A stretch of DNA of 64,000 nucleotides from Perkinsus chesapeaki ATCC PRA-425 (GCA_013115145.1 JAAPAO010000117.1:7587-71586); one strand, 5' to 3'; shown: positions 1-13,598, numbered from the stretch's first letter. The notes: generated from the letters alone by a model not told the origin. Program-made: numbers and translations.

Positions 1-2561
1 TAAATGCAACACCGCTATACCACGTTCTTATTCACCACCTGTTGTATCAGTTGTGTGAACTGTTCTTCACTAATGCCCCCAGCAGCGGTTGGAGGTAGCG
101 GAGAGCCAGCAGTCGGTAAGACTGCTGTAGGTGTATTGGCTGCGAACTGTTGCTCCATCTTAATACGAGAATCTCTAAACCTCCAAAGAGCAGCATCATC
201 AGCCTTGGGAAGAGCTGGAGATTTTTTCTTCAACCATGCATATACCAGAGTAAGCATTAATACAGCACAAGTGATGTATAGGTCGATTAATGGTGACTCA
301 CAGCCAGTAGCTGCAATTATGTCCCTCTTCAGTGGTTGGGCATACGTAAGCCAAAGTCCTTCGGCTATTAGTAAAGCCTCCTTGGCCTTAACTTCAACTT
401 CATCCTTAAACTTATTAAATGCTGATTCAGTAGGCACTGCTGCTGCCTGTGTAGTTGGCACAGATATTGTGGTAGTAGGTGGAGGAGCTGGGCTTGTTGA
501 AGCCCCTTGGCCTGGAGGAGGAGGAGGAGTCAAACCTCCTGGACCAACATCCTTGTCAGTGTGTAATGGGACTGCAGTAGCAGTTGTTGTTGTAGTGATA
601 TGAGTATTACTGCTACTACTAGTGTTGCCTCCCTCCTCTAGATGAGTCCATGCGCTACCAGAGGCCTTTACCTGCTCTTCCTTGCTATCTGCTTTACTCG
701 ATCCTTCTCCATCCACATCCTTATGGGCATCGAGCACACCCTCTGAGCTACTATCCTCTTTTTGTTCGGATGTGTCCTCTGTCGATCTCCTTTCCTCATC
801 TGCTACTCGTCGTTTATGATCTTCCTTTTCTTCCCCTTTGCGTTTAGCAGCTGCCTCATCCTCCTTTCTTTGCTTCTCTTTTGCCTGCTTCACCTCCTTC
901 TCTTTCCTTTCAGCCTCCGCCTTTTCCTTTCTTTCAGCTTCTTCCTTTACTTTCTTTTGCCTTTCGGTCTCCTCTTTCTCCCTTCTCTCGTCTTCTTCCT
1001 TTGCTTTCTTTTCAGCTTCCTCCTTCATCTTTCTCTCCACCTCTTCGCTCTTTTTCTTCTCAGCTTCTTCCTTTTCTTTTCTCTCAACTTCTCGCTTCTT
1101 CCTTTCGGCTTCCTCCTTTTCCTTCCGTTCGGCTTCCTCCTTTTCCTTCCTTTCGGCTTCCTCCTTCTCCTTCCTTTCGGCCTCCTCCTTTTTCTTCCTG
1201 TCGGCCTCCTCTTTCTCCTTCCGTTCGGCTTCCTCCTTTTCCTTCCGTTCGGCTTCCTCCTTTTCCTTCCGTTCGGCCTCCTCCTTTTCCTTCCGTTCGG
1301 CCTCCTCCTTTTCCTTCCGTTCGGCTTCCTCCTTTGCCTTCCTTTCAGCTTCTTCCTTTGCCTTCCTTTCAGCTTCTTCCTTTTCCTTCCTCTCGGCCTC
1401 CTCCTTTTCTTTCTTTACCCTCTCCTCCCTTTCCTTCTTCAGCCTATCCTGTGCCTCCTTCATAAGCTTATCAGCCCTCTCTTTCCTAGCTCTTTCTTCC
1501 TCTTCCCATACTGCATCCTCATGTTCATCACCATCCTTAGCAGTAGAGACTGCAGTAGGCACAGTGCCCTTCCTTTGCTTCCTCTCGGTAGTATCATCCT
1601 CAATAGTAGTAGTGTGGTCAGAAGGGCTCACTACATGGTCGACATCAACACCACCCTTATGTATCGGCGTAGCCCCATGTCCCTCTGCTGCTGCTTGGGC
1701 TGTTGATCGGGCTACTGGTATTGCCCCGGGAGTAGGAGGAGGACTCGTAGCAATAGGCGTGGCTGTAACAGTCATGGGAGTTGGCTGCTGCTGTTGCTTA
1801 TCTTCCTCTTCTCCTTTAGCATGGTTACCTCCCTCCTCCTCGCCAATAGGATATGCCTTAGGACGGCTACCCATATCCGAATACTTAGATAAAACCTGAC
1901 AAGTAGTAGTGCCATGTTTAAACAACCTTGAAGATTCGGGCTGCTAAACCAATGATGTTAGAATTCACAGAGGAAGCTCAAGTGTCAGGAGGATTTAGTA
2001 GTTACAGCAGACCCGCGATGAAACATTGAAATTGACGATGACGATGATACTAACTTATACTACCTACCACCATTACAGACAGAAAGTACAGATGGTGGTG
2101 GTCTCGGGGAAGGAGTGTAGGCTAATGTGGAAATAATTGGGGGGCAACACATGGCTTTAGATATTAGTGAGTGTACTATCTTAAGAAAGCGTGCGTAACC
2201 ATAACAAGTATACCACATGCGAGTTGTGAACAGTCCTGTATAACGATACCTTTCCAGTCTAAACGTTTTCGGATACTGTGTAGGTTCTTAGCAGTGATTC
2301 CTCCCTTATTACAGGCTCTGCACTATATGTTGGTATATCATCAGCAAACAAGTCCAATGTACCATCCGGACGGACATATCGATCTCCTTCTACTTTATCC
2401 CTACCCCTCTCCTCTACTGCTGCTGCTGTGGATGGCTGGAATAGACAGCACTGGCAGAATAATACAAGTATTAAAAGGTAGTGTGGCAATCTTAAAGGAG
2501 AAGACGGCAGTGATGATGATGACGATCGTACAGCAGTTGTTCTTCTTGTTACCCGACTCAT
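1..2561 (-). CDS. Putative single-pass membrane protein: signal peptide, long E/K-rich repeat, one TM helix; 3' end runs off the window
   Basis: Exon 2259-2561 encodes a signal-peptide-like stretch (HYLLILVLFCQCCLFQPSTAAA). ORF 15-1925 has KEKEEAER repeats and the hydrophobic segment LIDLYITCAVLMLTLVYAWL followed by KKK. The link between the two exons through 1930-2260 was not fully resolved. Confidence 0.65.
1085..1410 (-). repeat. Coding tandem repeat, 24-nt unit (KEKEEAER), roughly a dozen imperfect copies
   Basis: Plus strand repeats ttcctccttttccttccgttcggc and variants; the translation gives (RKEKEEAE)n. Confidence 0.9.
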
Positions 2562-2761
2562 ATCAAGCAAAAAACTTACACAATTAACAATAAGAAAAGC
2601 ATGGTATTAAAACTGCAACACAAAGCAGCATAGTTGGGGGAGGGGGGGGGCAACTATCCAGTGAATGTAAACTAACTGTGAACTGCTTTGAGGATACAGA
2701 GAAACTTATCCCCAACAGAAATGTAAGAACTAATGCTGCTGCTGTTGTCCAGAAACCTGAT

Positions 2762-5423
2762 TCATGTGGTGACCACTTGGCTTGCGGTCTTTACCAATAG
2801 TCTTGAATTTAGCAAGGGATGCTCTGAGAGTAAGGCAGTAGGAGGAGGAAGCAGCAGCAGCAGTTAAGTGGGTTTACTATTACCTATTAGGGTTCATAAA
2901 CTCCTTAACCATGTCATCAGTAACCTTTGCTCTTGCCTCCTGATGCTGTTTAGTGAGCTTAACAAGCTCATCCACTAAGATGTTTTTAACCTAGAATATA
3001 ACCTATTACCAACAGGCTACTACCATTCCCTCCAACTAACCTCTCCAGTGAGGAGCTTTCCAGAGGAGTAATCCTCACCAATCTGCTCGAACTTCTCATC
3101 ATCATCCATAATATATCTACCACACTACTACATCAACACCACTTTTTAACCACCCCTCATGATGTACCTTAGATACTCATAGGCTACATCAACATCAAGA
3201 TTAGCTCCAAGCCTCCTCTGTTCCTCAGCTGTCTCCTGTCCTCCAGAGAAGCAGTACTTCATTATCTTATTCTTGATCTGTATCCAATAACTCTATCATC
3301 CACTACGCCATGTACTTTGCTTATTACCTCTTTAGGAGTATCAGTTACCATAATAGTAGTATTACCAACACTACCGCTCATCTTAGTCTTATGACCTTGA
3401 AGAGCCGGGAAGAACTTGGAATGGATAAGAGCAGGTTTAAGCATTCCCATACGTGGGGCAACATCCCTAAGACCAAGGCTAATCTATCACCAATGTTGTA
3501 TTGGTGGCCTAATACCTAGTAACCCTGAAGTAAGGGTCCTGATCGATAGCCTGGGGAATGAGACACATAATATCCTTACGGTCACCAAAGATGGATGGGA
3601 AGGTGGTAGAGAAGGATGGGCTGGCTTGGATAGCACAGAAGCTGGACTTACCAACACTATCGGAACCTATGGTATGCACTCGAAAGGTAATGGATGATAG
3701 TTAACCAACCTGTGAAGCCGAATGCACCCCTGGCTTGGTTATAAGTGATAAGCTTCTGTATCTTGCATACATTAGGGTACCTAAGATATAGTAGTGAAGG
3801 AGGGGGGGGGAGTGCCCACTATATTACATAGTCCCCATATAGTCGAGGTCAGAGAATATAAAGGTCTTGCTCATATCAAACCCACATGCAATAATATCCT
3901 TAGCATTCTCATATGCTAGACGATGAGCTTCCTCGAGAGTCTATAGAGAATGAGTAAAGGAGGAGGAGGAGGCGGCAAGTTAGGGGGCGGTGCTGATGAG
4001 CTTACGAGGTAGTCCTTGAAGAAGAACTTCTCATCATCAGTGAGCTGGATAACCAGCGGCACATCAAAGGTGTCCTATAAGGAGAGATATTGAACTAGTA
4101 CAAGTATACTGTAAAGGGCTTACTTGCAACCACTTAGTGAACTGGAAGGGCACGAGATGACCAAGATGGAGGGACTCAGATGATGGGCCACGACCAGTAT
4201 AAAGGTAAAATGGAATACCTATTATATGGTTGCGTGTGTATAGCTAGTAGTGTGGAGGAGTGGTGGCGGCGGCAGTACTACCTCTCTCATACTTATCCAG
4301 AAGGATATTCAAATCACGATGAGAGAAGAATAGGCCTCTACGTAGGAACCTATGGGCCTTCTTCCCAGTAACCCTTTCCATCCTATCAATTAGCTTCTGG
4401 TCGATGGGAGAGCAACCAAAATCCCTAATGAGCTTATCGTAGTCGATACCCTAATAAGTAGTAATATAATGTATATAACTGGAGGAGGGCTTTGTAATTA
4501 TACCTCATCAGCACCTTCTACTTCCCAAGGTGTAACCTTCTGTCCCTCTGATACGCCAAGGACACCCTCTTGAGAGAGTTGTTCTACATAATAACAACAG
4601 TTACTCCAATACTACTACTACCACCTATACCCTTATTACCATCAGGAACATATGGTACAGCTATCTCAAGTGGAGGGAGGTCCTCAACATTACTATCCTC
4701 CTCAGCCATCTCAAAAACATCAGAGGTTGCCTCAACTAAGAGATGAACATAAGAATATCTACTACTGAATTGAAGGTCTACTACCAGTAAAGGATATCTC
4801 CAAGGTGCTCTTTTTGGCAGAATACTTCCACTTAGTCAGGTTAATTTCCCCCAATAGCCCAGTGGATTTAACAATAGGATGTACCTAATACACCATCTCA
4901 ACTTATCCTATCGCCTCTCTATATTATTACATTGCAGTTCAAGTTCCACTGCTCTAAATACACCAGTCTAAGCTCCTTAACAGAGTCAGGGACCTTAAAG
5001 CTATCATACATGGTGTCAAAGTACTTCTTTTCTGCTAGTTCACGAGGTACTCCAGTGAATATCTAATAAACCTTTATACCTACCTATGAGATAGTATTAC
5101 CTTAAAGGGAGCATTCTCCTCCACTTTATTATGCACATTAGTGGCTATAAGCTCCTTCTGTTCCTCTGTAGGCTCATCCTACCAATAACCACATTGACCA
5201 CACCATACCCAAAGAACCCTTATTACCTTGATAGAGTTAATGGTTATCTTACCACCACCTTCATGTGGTGATACTCTATCAGTAGTCCTTCCAGTAGGTA
5301 TACGTAGGACCTATCGACATCCTTAATGACCTTGCCTCTCTACCCCTCTGGTATTACAGTACAGACAGCTCCCTTAATAACGTGAAGGGCAGAATCAAAG
5401 GCAGGGGATCTGGCTACAGACAT
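2762..5423 (-). CDS. WARS: Cytosolic (eukaryote/archaeal-type) tryptophanyl-tRNA synthetase with N-terminal AlaX-like extension; multi-exon
   Basis: Spliced peptides [41 protein letters not shown] (HIGH motif), [28 protein letters not shown] (KMSKS motif) and [13 protein letters not shown] at 5423, TGA at 2762-2764. Confidence 0.95.
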
Positions 5424-5864
5424 GGTAAAACAATATCTGTTAAGGGAAGGATTTAGTTACCATTAATAGAGCAGGTAGAAGGGGGCACCACTGGCTGAGA
5501 ATAAAAAATCAGACGGAGCGAAGCGGTTCACGAATATTAACTTTTGCAAATAATATTTGGGAAGGGTCTAAAAGTGCGCTATAGCAGTATTATCCTCTGC
5601 CTACCCTCTCCCATATATAGTAATGTGCCTGTTATCATCAGTCAAGATGTGTATTTGATATGAGAGCTACAGCCACAAATGAATTTGGGTAGTATAGTAA
5701 TAGACCAGTGATCTATTGGAAGAATGAAACTGGAGAGAATATAAGTGTTTTTTCATAATATAACATAGCTTGTCAGTCAAGACTTATGGTATTATTACCC
5801 CTGTCATAGGTAGCTTCATACTGGCCTATCGAGATATTAAGGTTACTATAGTTGTTATACTATT

Positions 5865-7737
5865 ATGACAACTTCAACAACATCTAACCCGCCAATTAAT
5901 GAATTATTCTATTCTTGCTTACCATTAATTGTACCCTATATTGGTGTTAGTGGATCATTAAGATCTTTGGGTATGGTATCTAAGGTAACTAGATGTATTG
6001 TATTAGAGCCAACATCATGGTCACATGCTGAACTAGAGCCACCACTATCAACTAGTAAATGGTCAATGGAACGGTATAAGACAGTTGTACCTTTATTTAC
6101 CTGTGTTAGTGACCTTGCAGTTCATGGTAGAGTACAGCCCCTGCCTAAGCTTATTATTACTTTATCAACTATACAAAGGTTACGATACCTTCAATTAATA
6201 GGGGTTACGGCGTCACCTTTATATAATATCCTATCTCCATCTACTACTAATGCTATACCATTCTTAGAGTCATTAACTATAGGCTTTAGAGGTGATGAGG
6301 ACCTAACCTATCCTACAGGTGCTCGTCAGGGTAATACTATACATAGTAGGTTAAAGAGGGTAAGCTTTATCGATATAGACTTTGGTCCTAGTATTGTGGG
6401 ATATGATACCTTCTCGAGTGATAATGGTATAGCTTTATGGTTGATACATTTCCTGGCTAGCTGCCCTGTACTTGAGGAACTAAAGGTCTTACAGGCACCA
6501 GCTAGGCGAAGGATAGATAAGGTTAATGTAGATATCGAAGCATCTAGAGAGATCATACTTGGTAAAGGTATGCCTACATGGAATAATGGTGGACACCTTA
6601 AGAAGCTGCATCTTGGGTTATGGTCAGAGAGGGTTACACAAGGGTTGGTTCATAGGGTATCAGTAGCAGGGTCATTGGAAGGGATTGAGATACTATCAAT
6701 GGGAGTATTGTCTAGTATTACTATGAAGATGTTATTGGATAGAGGGCTAGGGGGACATCTAGAGCAGGTGATGTCACAAAGATGGATGCCATCTATTCCA
6801 GGGCCTGATGGTGATACTAGTATGAATAGGTTATTGGAGAGTAGTAGACATACACTTAAAGGCCTCAGTCTTGAATGTAAAGGTAGCTGCCCTGTACCGT
6901 GGGATATTATTATTGAATATATTATACGGTATCGTCCACCATTATTAAGGAAGGTGTACTTAACATTAATAATGGATGATAGTAATGGTGATATGGTAGC
7001 ACCTGTACACAGTGCTCTATGGAGTGCTGCATTACGGTGCCATTATCCTAATATACCCTACTTTCGTCGTACTACCTATACTGTTATTATGGATGATATA
7101 TGTAAGACTAATGTCCTTAGGCGTACCCTAGGCCTGTTGTATCCAGTAACATCAGCTAGGGAGCTGTTTGAAGAGGAGCAGGTAGTAGAGGGATGCCAGT
7201 GGATGCTGCTGCTGCTGCTGGGTTTAGGGTAGCGTTTAGGTCCTATGTGTTAAACCATATGACCATCCTGATAGACGTGCTAACCTCGATGATGATAATG
7301 AGTTCTTGGAGCTGTGGGATAATTTACCGATAGAATACCAAGGGCAATATTGGAATATATATAATAGTATATTTGGTATCTTTAGCTATAATAATAGAGG
7401 ATCTCCATCGACTATAACCCCTACCCCTAGGCCCAGACGGTCTAGGTATAGGTCAATAATATCACCGACACGCCATACTACAACAATGCCATTGGATCCT
7501 CGACACCGCCGCGGTGGTGATGATGCTATAGGGGCAGAGACAACAACACCAGCAGCAGGAGGTGTTAGCAGTAGATCAGTCGATACTATTGATGATGACG
7601 ATGATGGTAGTAGTAGTGTTAGCAGTGATGCTAGTAATAGCTTGTTGGATATCCTTACCATAGAGGAGTTACTTAAGGAGGACATTACTCTTGGTACAGC
7701 TGCTAGTACTGGTGTTGTTGCATATTCTGGTGGATGA
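5865..7737 (+). CDS. Hypothetical protein with F-box-like N-terminus and LRR-like body; two exons (intron about 7182-7239)
   Basis: 455-aa ORF. The N-terminus CLPLIVPYIG..LRSLGMVSK..W loosely fits an F-box; LxxLxL-type units include LRYLQL, FLESLTI, VLEELKV and HLKKLHL. Splicing at gcgtttag|gtc joins the 7306-7737 ORF in frame. Confidence 0.55.
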
Positions 7738-7870
7738 TAGGTAGTAGTATCATGATCGTTGTTACTAAAGCATGCAGATAATATTAGTTTCGATAGGTTA
7801 TTATTGTGTTAAGGTTATTATTAATAATAAAGGGAATAAGGATTGATTACTGTATTGTCTGTTTCTAATA

Positions 7871-9512
7871 ATGCAAGGGTTTACCCAAAGGAATAGGTCT
7901 GCATCATCATCAACATCAAGTAGCAGTAGTGGGTCAGTGTCGGTGATGAGTGATATAACCGCTGAGACATTGAAGACAGTGATGCCACAAGGGAGGGAGG
8001 AGGAAGTGCCGACGGGTGACAATAGGGAGGCTAAGCGGTGTAAAAGGAGAAGGAAGCAGGTAGTTGTGGTGGCAAGAGGATTACAAGGCAGCGGCAAAAG
8101 TAGTAATATAGGCAGTGATGGGGAAGGGAGGGGAGCTGCCAGGTATTAGGTACAGCTATGAGGGCAGCAGCAACACTATTGGGTGGAATATGGTTGAATC
8201 AAGATGAATTCCGTAGTCCTAGTAAAGGGGGTGGTAATGCTAAGGGTAAGTTCCTTGATAAGCTATCATGGTGTACACATTATGGAGATCCACAGTATAT
8301 CATGGTTGATAGGATTAATACACAATATCGGCATAGGTAGAAATAATGAAAGGGTTATTGTTGTTTTATAGGGCTGATGGTTGTTGCTGTTGTAGGTCTG
8401 ATATATATAATGCTATATATCCATGTAAGGGTGAGTATCCTGAGCTTATCTATATACAATGGGTACATCCTGATGATGAGAAAGAGGAGGAGGGCGGGGG
8501 TGGCGGTAAGGCTAATGGTGGGGATATGTCACCATTCGACCCTATAAAGGGACGGAAGTACTTTGATGTATGTGCTAAGAATGTCCGTAATAGGCATGGC
8601 AAACATAGAGTAATACAGGGGGTGGTGTACAAGGGGGGTACAGTGATGTTATCTTAGTCTATTGATCGGTATGCTGATATTGACTTTATATTGGGTACAA
8701 CAGCCTCGCAGGCGGAGCCTATTACTAAGGAAGAGATGTCACACTTCTCTGTAGCCAAGCTGTGTGGTATAGATGTTACATTGGATAGGAAGGGTATGGT
8801 TAGGAGGATATTGGAGATATTGGAAAGGGATGGGGACTTTAATGATGATGATATTGATAAAGCTATAGGTGATGTTGCTAAGATAGAGAAGACTATAGTA
8901 CCTGTTGGCACTGGAGGAGGGAAAGGCGGTCAGAGACTAACAAGGCAGCAGCAGCAACAGCAGCAGGAGTATGATGAGAGACGTCATGATAGTGTTACAA
9001 GTGCTAATGGAAGCCTTGGAACGACAGGGGTGCCGTCTTTGGTGGGGCGTATGATGTTCCAATTAGAGTTAACTATGGATTCTCAGAGGTTATTGAGGAG
9101 AGCGGTAGGGAATGGTTGGGGGTATATGGCTGGTAAAGGGATAGTACCTAAAGATGAATTCCATGTTACATTACTATATGTTGATAATACTAATGCATTT
9201 GATGCAGCTAGTATAGCATTAGTCAAAGATCTATGGCCTCGAATAGGGGATACCTTCTCCATCACGGTAGCCTTTGCTGTTTGCTCTGATTATGGTGTAT
9301 GTGCATCACCGGTACAATTCCTACAACCAACACCTTGTGGTAATATGTACCCTCATATAACATTAGGGGTGTCTCCAAATACATTGGCTAAGGAGAGTAA
9401 TGAGATGTTAGCTGGTAAGCATCCTATGGAAGCACTAAGAGTATTGGAGTTACAGCTACCAGAAAACCAGACAGAGTTGGAGCTAAGGGCAGTGCTACGA
9501 GTATCCGAGTAA
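7871..9512 (+). CDS. Trl1-like RNA end-healing enzyme: polynucleotide 5'-kinase plus 2H 2',3'-cyclic phosphodiesterase, with no ligase domain
   Basis: P-loop GLQGSGKS|TAM spans an intron at about 8100-8150. WLNQDEF and VDRINTQYRHR resemble the fungal Trl1 kinase motifs (QNDN, ADRNNH..ER). Two HxT motifs, FHVTLLY and PHITLG, mark a 2H phosphoesterase. Confidence 0.8.
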
Positions 9513-9658
9513 CCTGTTATTATTATTATTATCAACTGTCCTCTACTTTGTGCTATATAAAATGTGTTGTTCTACTATTATTATGTTTCTTGGCCTCCTT
9601 ATCTCAAGTCGTTGAGTTACAGTGCTACTATACCGATACCTCAGGTGTATCCTATAGT

Positions 9659-12600
9659 ATGGCCAGCCGTAAGAAGTATTATGTATTACTATTGGATGTA
9701 GGAAGGACAATGGCTGAGGAGGCTGCAACAGCAGCTACGGAGGGGCAGCAGACTGTTACTAAATTGGAGTTAGCATTGAAGGCGGCTAAGATGTTTGTAG
9801 TAGCAATGACCATAGGAGGGTGTATGAGGAGTGTAGATACAACAGAGGCTTATTCTTGGGGGTAAGAGTACCCAGGTAGCATTGGTACTAATGGGGAGTA
9901 CTAGTACACGTAATAGGCTAGAGAACAGTGGTTATCAGAATATAGATGTTATAAAGGACCTTACTATACCTGATATAGATATGGTAATAGTCCAGTGTTA
10001 TTAGTGTTATGTCTAATCTTATACCTAGTTACATTGCCTGTCTAGTATTCATCCAGGAAGCCCCTATAGTAGTGATATTGTTGGTGGTCTTATAATAGCA
10101 TTGGATATGATTAAGAGTGCTACTGAGAAGAGTAAGGCTAAGTAATAATAGACAACAGTAGAAGGGGTATAGGAGGTATCATACAAGGTCCCAGAGGACA
10201 GTATTAGTATTAACCGATGGCTGCACACCTATAATGGGTAGTGGTGACCTACCCAGTGTCGTAGAACAGATGAACCTTCTTAATGTAGAGCCTATTATAA
10301 CAACCTTTGGCAGTAGGACTCCCTGTCCTCTGCGTTTGTGGAATGCTGTTGTTATTGCTCATCAGCTCATCCTTTACCAGAAGTCCATACAGTATTTGAG
10401 GCATTTATCGCCCAGTCTCAGCAAGGGCAGTATCTAGAGGGGGCTACACTAATGGGGATATTAAAGCAGGTGCGGCGGTAGAGGGGATGGGTGGGCCCTG
10501 GGTGGTGGTGACTTGGGATGATGATGATGATGTCAGATAAAAAGTAAAGATACCCAACAGATATCAAAGTGTAGGGTAGATATGGAGATAACAAAGTATA
10601 TGAAGATACCAGTATGGTGTTATGTTAAAACTAGTAAGGTTACCTTACCAACACTTAAGAAGGAAAGTAGTAGGAGGAGGAGGGCACATACTACTACTAC
10701 CACCCTTTTTGATGATGGATTGAACTCAGGTGTTGATGGTGGTGCTCCTGTTAAAATGGACAGGGCTTATTTTACCGTAGATGACCCAGATGGAGAGGCT
10801 ATACCAGCAGAGGAGAGTAACAATGCTAATCTGTTTGCCTAGTTGTTGAGACTGGTCTGTTAAGACCATACAGTATGGTCACCAAGAGTCCGCCGCTGTG
10901 TCATTATCGTCATCCCGTGATGTTCTGCTTAGTGTATCTCTACTATATTGTTGTTGTTAGGGCTAAAGGCTTATAAGTACGGTAGCAGCCAGTATGTACC
11001 ATTTGAATCATATGATGAAGCATCATTGAAATACCATTCGGATAAGTCCCTCACCATGCTTGGTTTTGCCAGGGCTAATTCTATACCTCAAGAGTAAAAT
11101 GTTATTATTACTTGTTTGTATTAAATATTATAACAGCCTTATAGGCTTATGATTGGTGATACGGTAGAGTGTGTTGCAGCTGAGCCTAATAATATAGAGT
11201 CTGCGAAGGCTATGAGTAGCCTTATTAAAGCGATGGTAGAGTCAGGAGTGGTAAGTTAGTACTACTACCACAGCTGCTGCTGCTGTTGAGTAGTGTTATT
11301 GGCTTCTTCAGTACATGCTGGCACGGTATTGCTTTCGTAATGATATAAAACCTAAGTATGTATGTCTAGCCCCACATGTTGGTGATAGGTAGTAAGAGGT
11401 AGGGTTAGTTTGTGTTAATGGTAGTACTGGTGATGCTGTTTTAGTAAAACCTGCCTTTATATGAACCAATTACCATTTAGTGATGATGTACGGACTGATG
11501 GTATAATATTTCAGGATTTTAATACAGACTTATCAAACAAGGAGGTGCATGCTATAGATGTAATAGCTATAGGGAAGTTGGTTATAAGGAGAGGGGAGGG
11601 GAAGGGAGGAGGAGTTAGTCTTTGTTGGTTACCTAACAAAGAGGATATGGTCATCACAATGCTAATTCTCGCATGGCACACCACCCAGGGAGACACTGCA
11701 CTGTAGTGTGTTCCTTGCCTACAGGCTATAGGATAGTGCCTATGGCCATAGGCGATAGCCTCTTTTGCTGGTGTGGTAGTGGTTATAGGTATTAGATTTT
11801 ATTTGTTGTTGTCCTTTATTAAGCAACGGTCTCTCTTGATAGTCGTTGATGGATACTATGAATCTTGAGGATGATGGTGAGTCTCATGAGCTACTAAAGA
11901 TGAAGGATATTCATAACCCTACACTATTGAGGTTTTGGAGGACCGTAATACCCTATTATCACATGCTGCTATAGAAGGCTGGGAAGTTGTAGGTTATAGA
12001 GAGGGCCGATGATCCCGACGCACCAGTGGTAGGAGTAGACGAGGAAATAGATAGGTATTATGGTATAATGGCTTGTTGTTAGTATGGGTATGGGGGCTGG
12101 TTATAGGTATCTACATCCGGAAAGGGCTATAGAATGGCGGTTTATGAAGGATGTTAATGCATTAAAGGAAGTGTTCCCGTTAGTTAAAGTGCCAGTAGAT
12201 AAGAAAAAGAAAAAGAAGTAAGAGGGGGGACTGCTGTAATAGGGATGTAAGTAGTTATATGGTATTGGTAAGGTACTGGAGGGGTTCACCGGATATAGAG
12301 ACAGCTCAGGCTGCAGGGTATCAAAAACCTCCACCTGTTGACCCATCACATTTGGTACTATTATTATTAATTCATAGTGTTGATGTGGTGTTATATAGGT
12401 ATTCGATTTCCCTGATGAGGATGAAGGTGATGGTCTTAGTTCACCTGCTGTAGTGTCAGCCCAACATGCTGTACCATTATTCGGAGGAAAGCAGATGTAT
12501 CCCCAAGTTAGGATAGGATCTACAACACCAGTTAAGGACTTCACCACAGCAGTCTATGGTACGAGGCTATTTATCGAGTATTCACGGTAAACTGATGACA

Positions 12601-13350
12601 CCACTAGTATCCAACCTGGTGGATACCACCGCCGCCGCCGTCGTCCTTCGTGCCCCCAAGATAATATCTCTTTACGATCTCTACTGTTGACTTGAATACT
12701 GTAGGGTATCTTTGGTAGGAGCTGGTGTAACTAGTGGCCTGTTGGATGAAGCTATGAGGAAGATGAGTGGTATAACATTACACTTACTCGGGCATCCAGG
12801 CTATGAGTAAGCAGTAGATTAGAGCAGCAGCTACTGTGATGATACTGGGTATAATAGAGGTGCTGCTTAGTTATGTCGATAAGGCTGTGGACTGTATAGT
12901 GGCTATGAGGGATGCTGCTATATGTTATGGTAACGATAGGATGGTCGTGATGGATTATAATAAGTGAAATGCTGGGGAAGTGTCGGTATGAAATAACCAC
13001 CACCATGATCGGGTTAGGTTCATACATGATACTTTATCCAAGTGTAAAGACAATGCCTATCTTTGGGAACGTAGTGATTAAGCCAATAGTACTTAGTTAT
13101 AATAATACTACTGAGTATCAGGTGTAACAGGCAAAAGGATAACCTATCTTACCAGTAAAGAGGCCTCAGCATCGGATAAGACCGATAAGGACGCTGAGGA
13201 CTTTTTAAACAAGCAGCAGCAGCAGCCTCCACAGGAGGAGGGGGAGCAGCCGCCTGTAAGCGAGTAATGTTGAAGTAATGAACAACCCTCTGTGAGTGTT
13301 GTATTATGTATAGGCACCACGATGATATTGTATCTGGAGGAAGTATGGTA
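9659..13350 (+). CDS. KU80: Ku80 (XRCC5) NHEJ DNA-end-binding subunit, including the C-terminal domain; many exons, 3' end approximate
   Basis: vWA start YVLLLDVGRTM; IPVWCYVKT; KAYKYGSSQYVPF; AKAMSSLIKAM; ARYCFR; QLPFSDDVR. The CTD segments IGSTTPVKDF and ITYLTSKEASASDKTDKDAEDFL match the Ku80 pattern (GSVNPAENF; ITLITKEEAS..AEEAKKFL). Confidence 0.88.
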
Positions 13351-13598
13351 TGAGACATTCATGCTATCATTCGATAACAACAACAATGACCATTACAACT
13401 ACTACTGCTGCTGCTGCTGATGCTGATGCAATTAATACATTGTTTCATTCTTAAGTCATTATCACTTTGTACTTGTGTTGTTGTTGGCTTTCCGCATACG
13501 TTACTTGTATAGTTTGGCTTTGACTTGGCTGTGCCGTTATTATTAATATTATTACTCCTACTACTACTAACGCTTCATCCCTAAGGTGAGTATCTTTG

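Noticed and set aside
4-1899. Long plus-strand ORFs (199, 314, 353 and 194 aa) rich in F/L/S/P
   Set aside because: Antisense shadows of the purine-rich KEKEEAER repeat gene on the minus strand.
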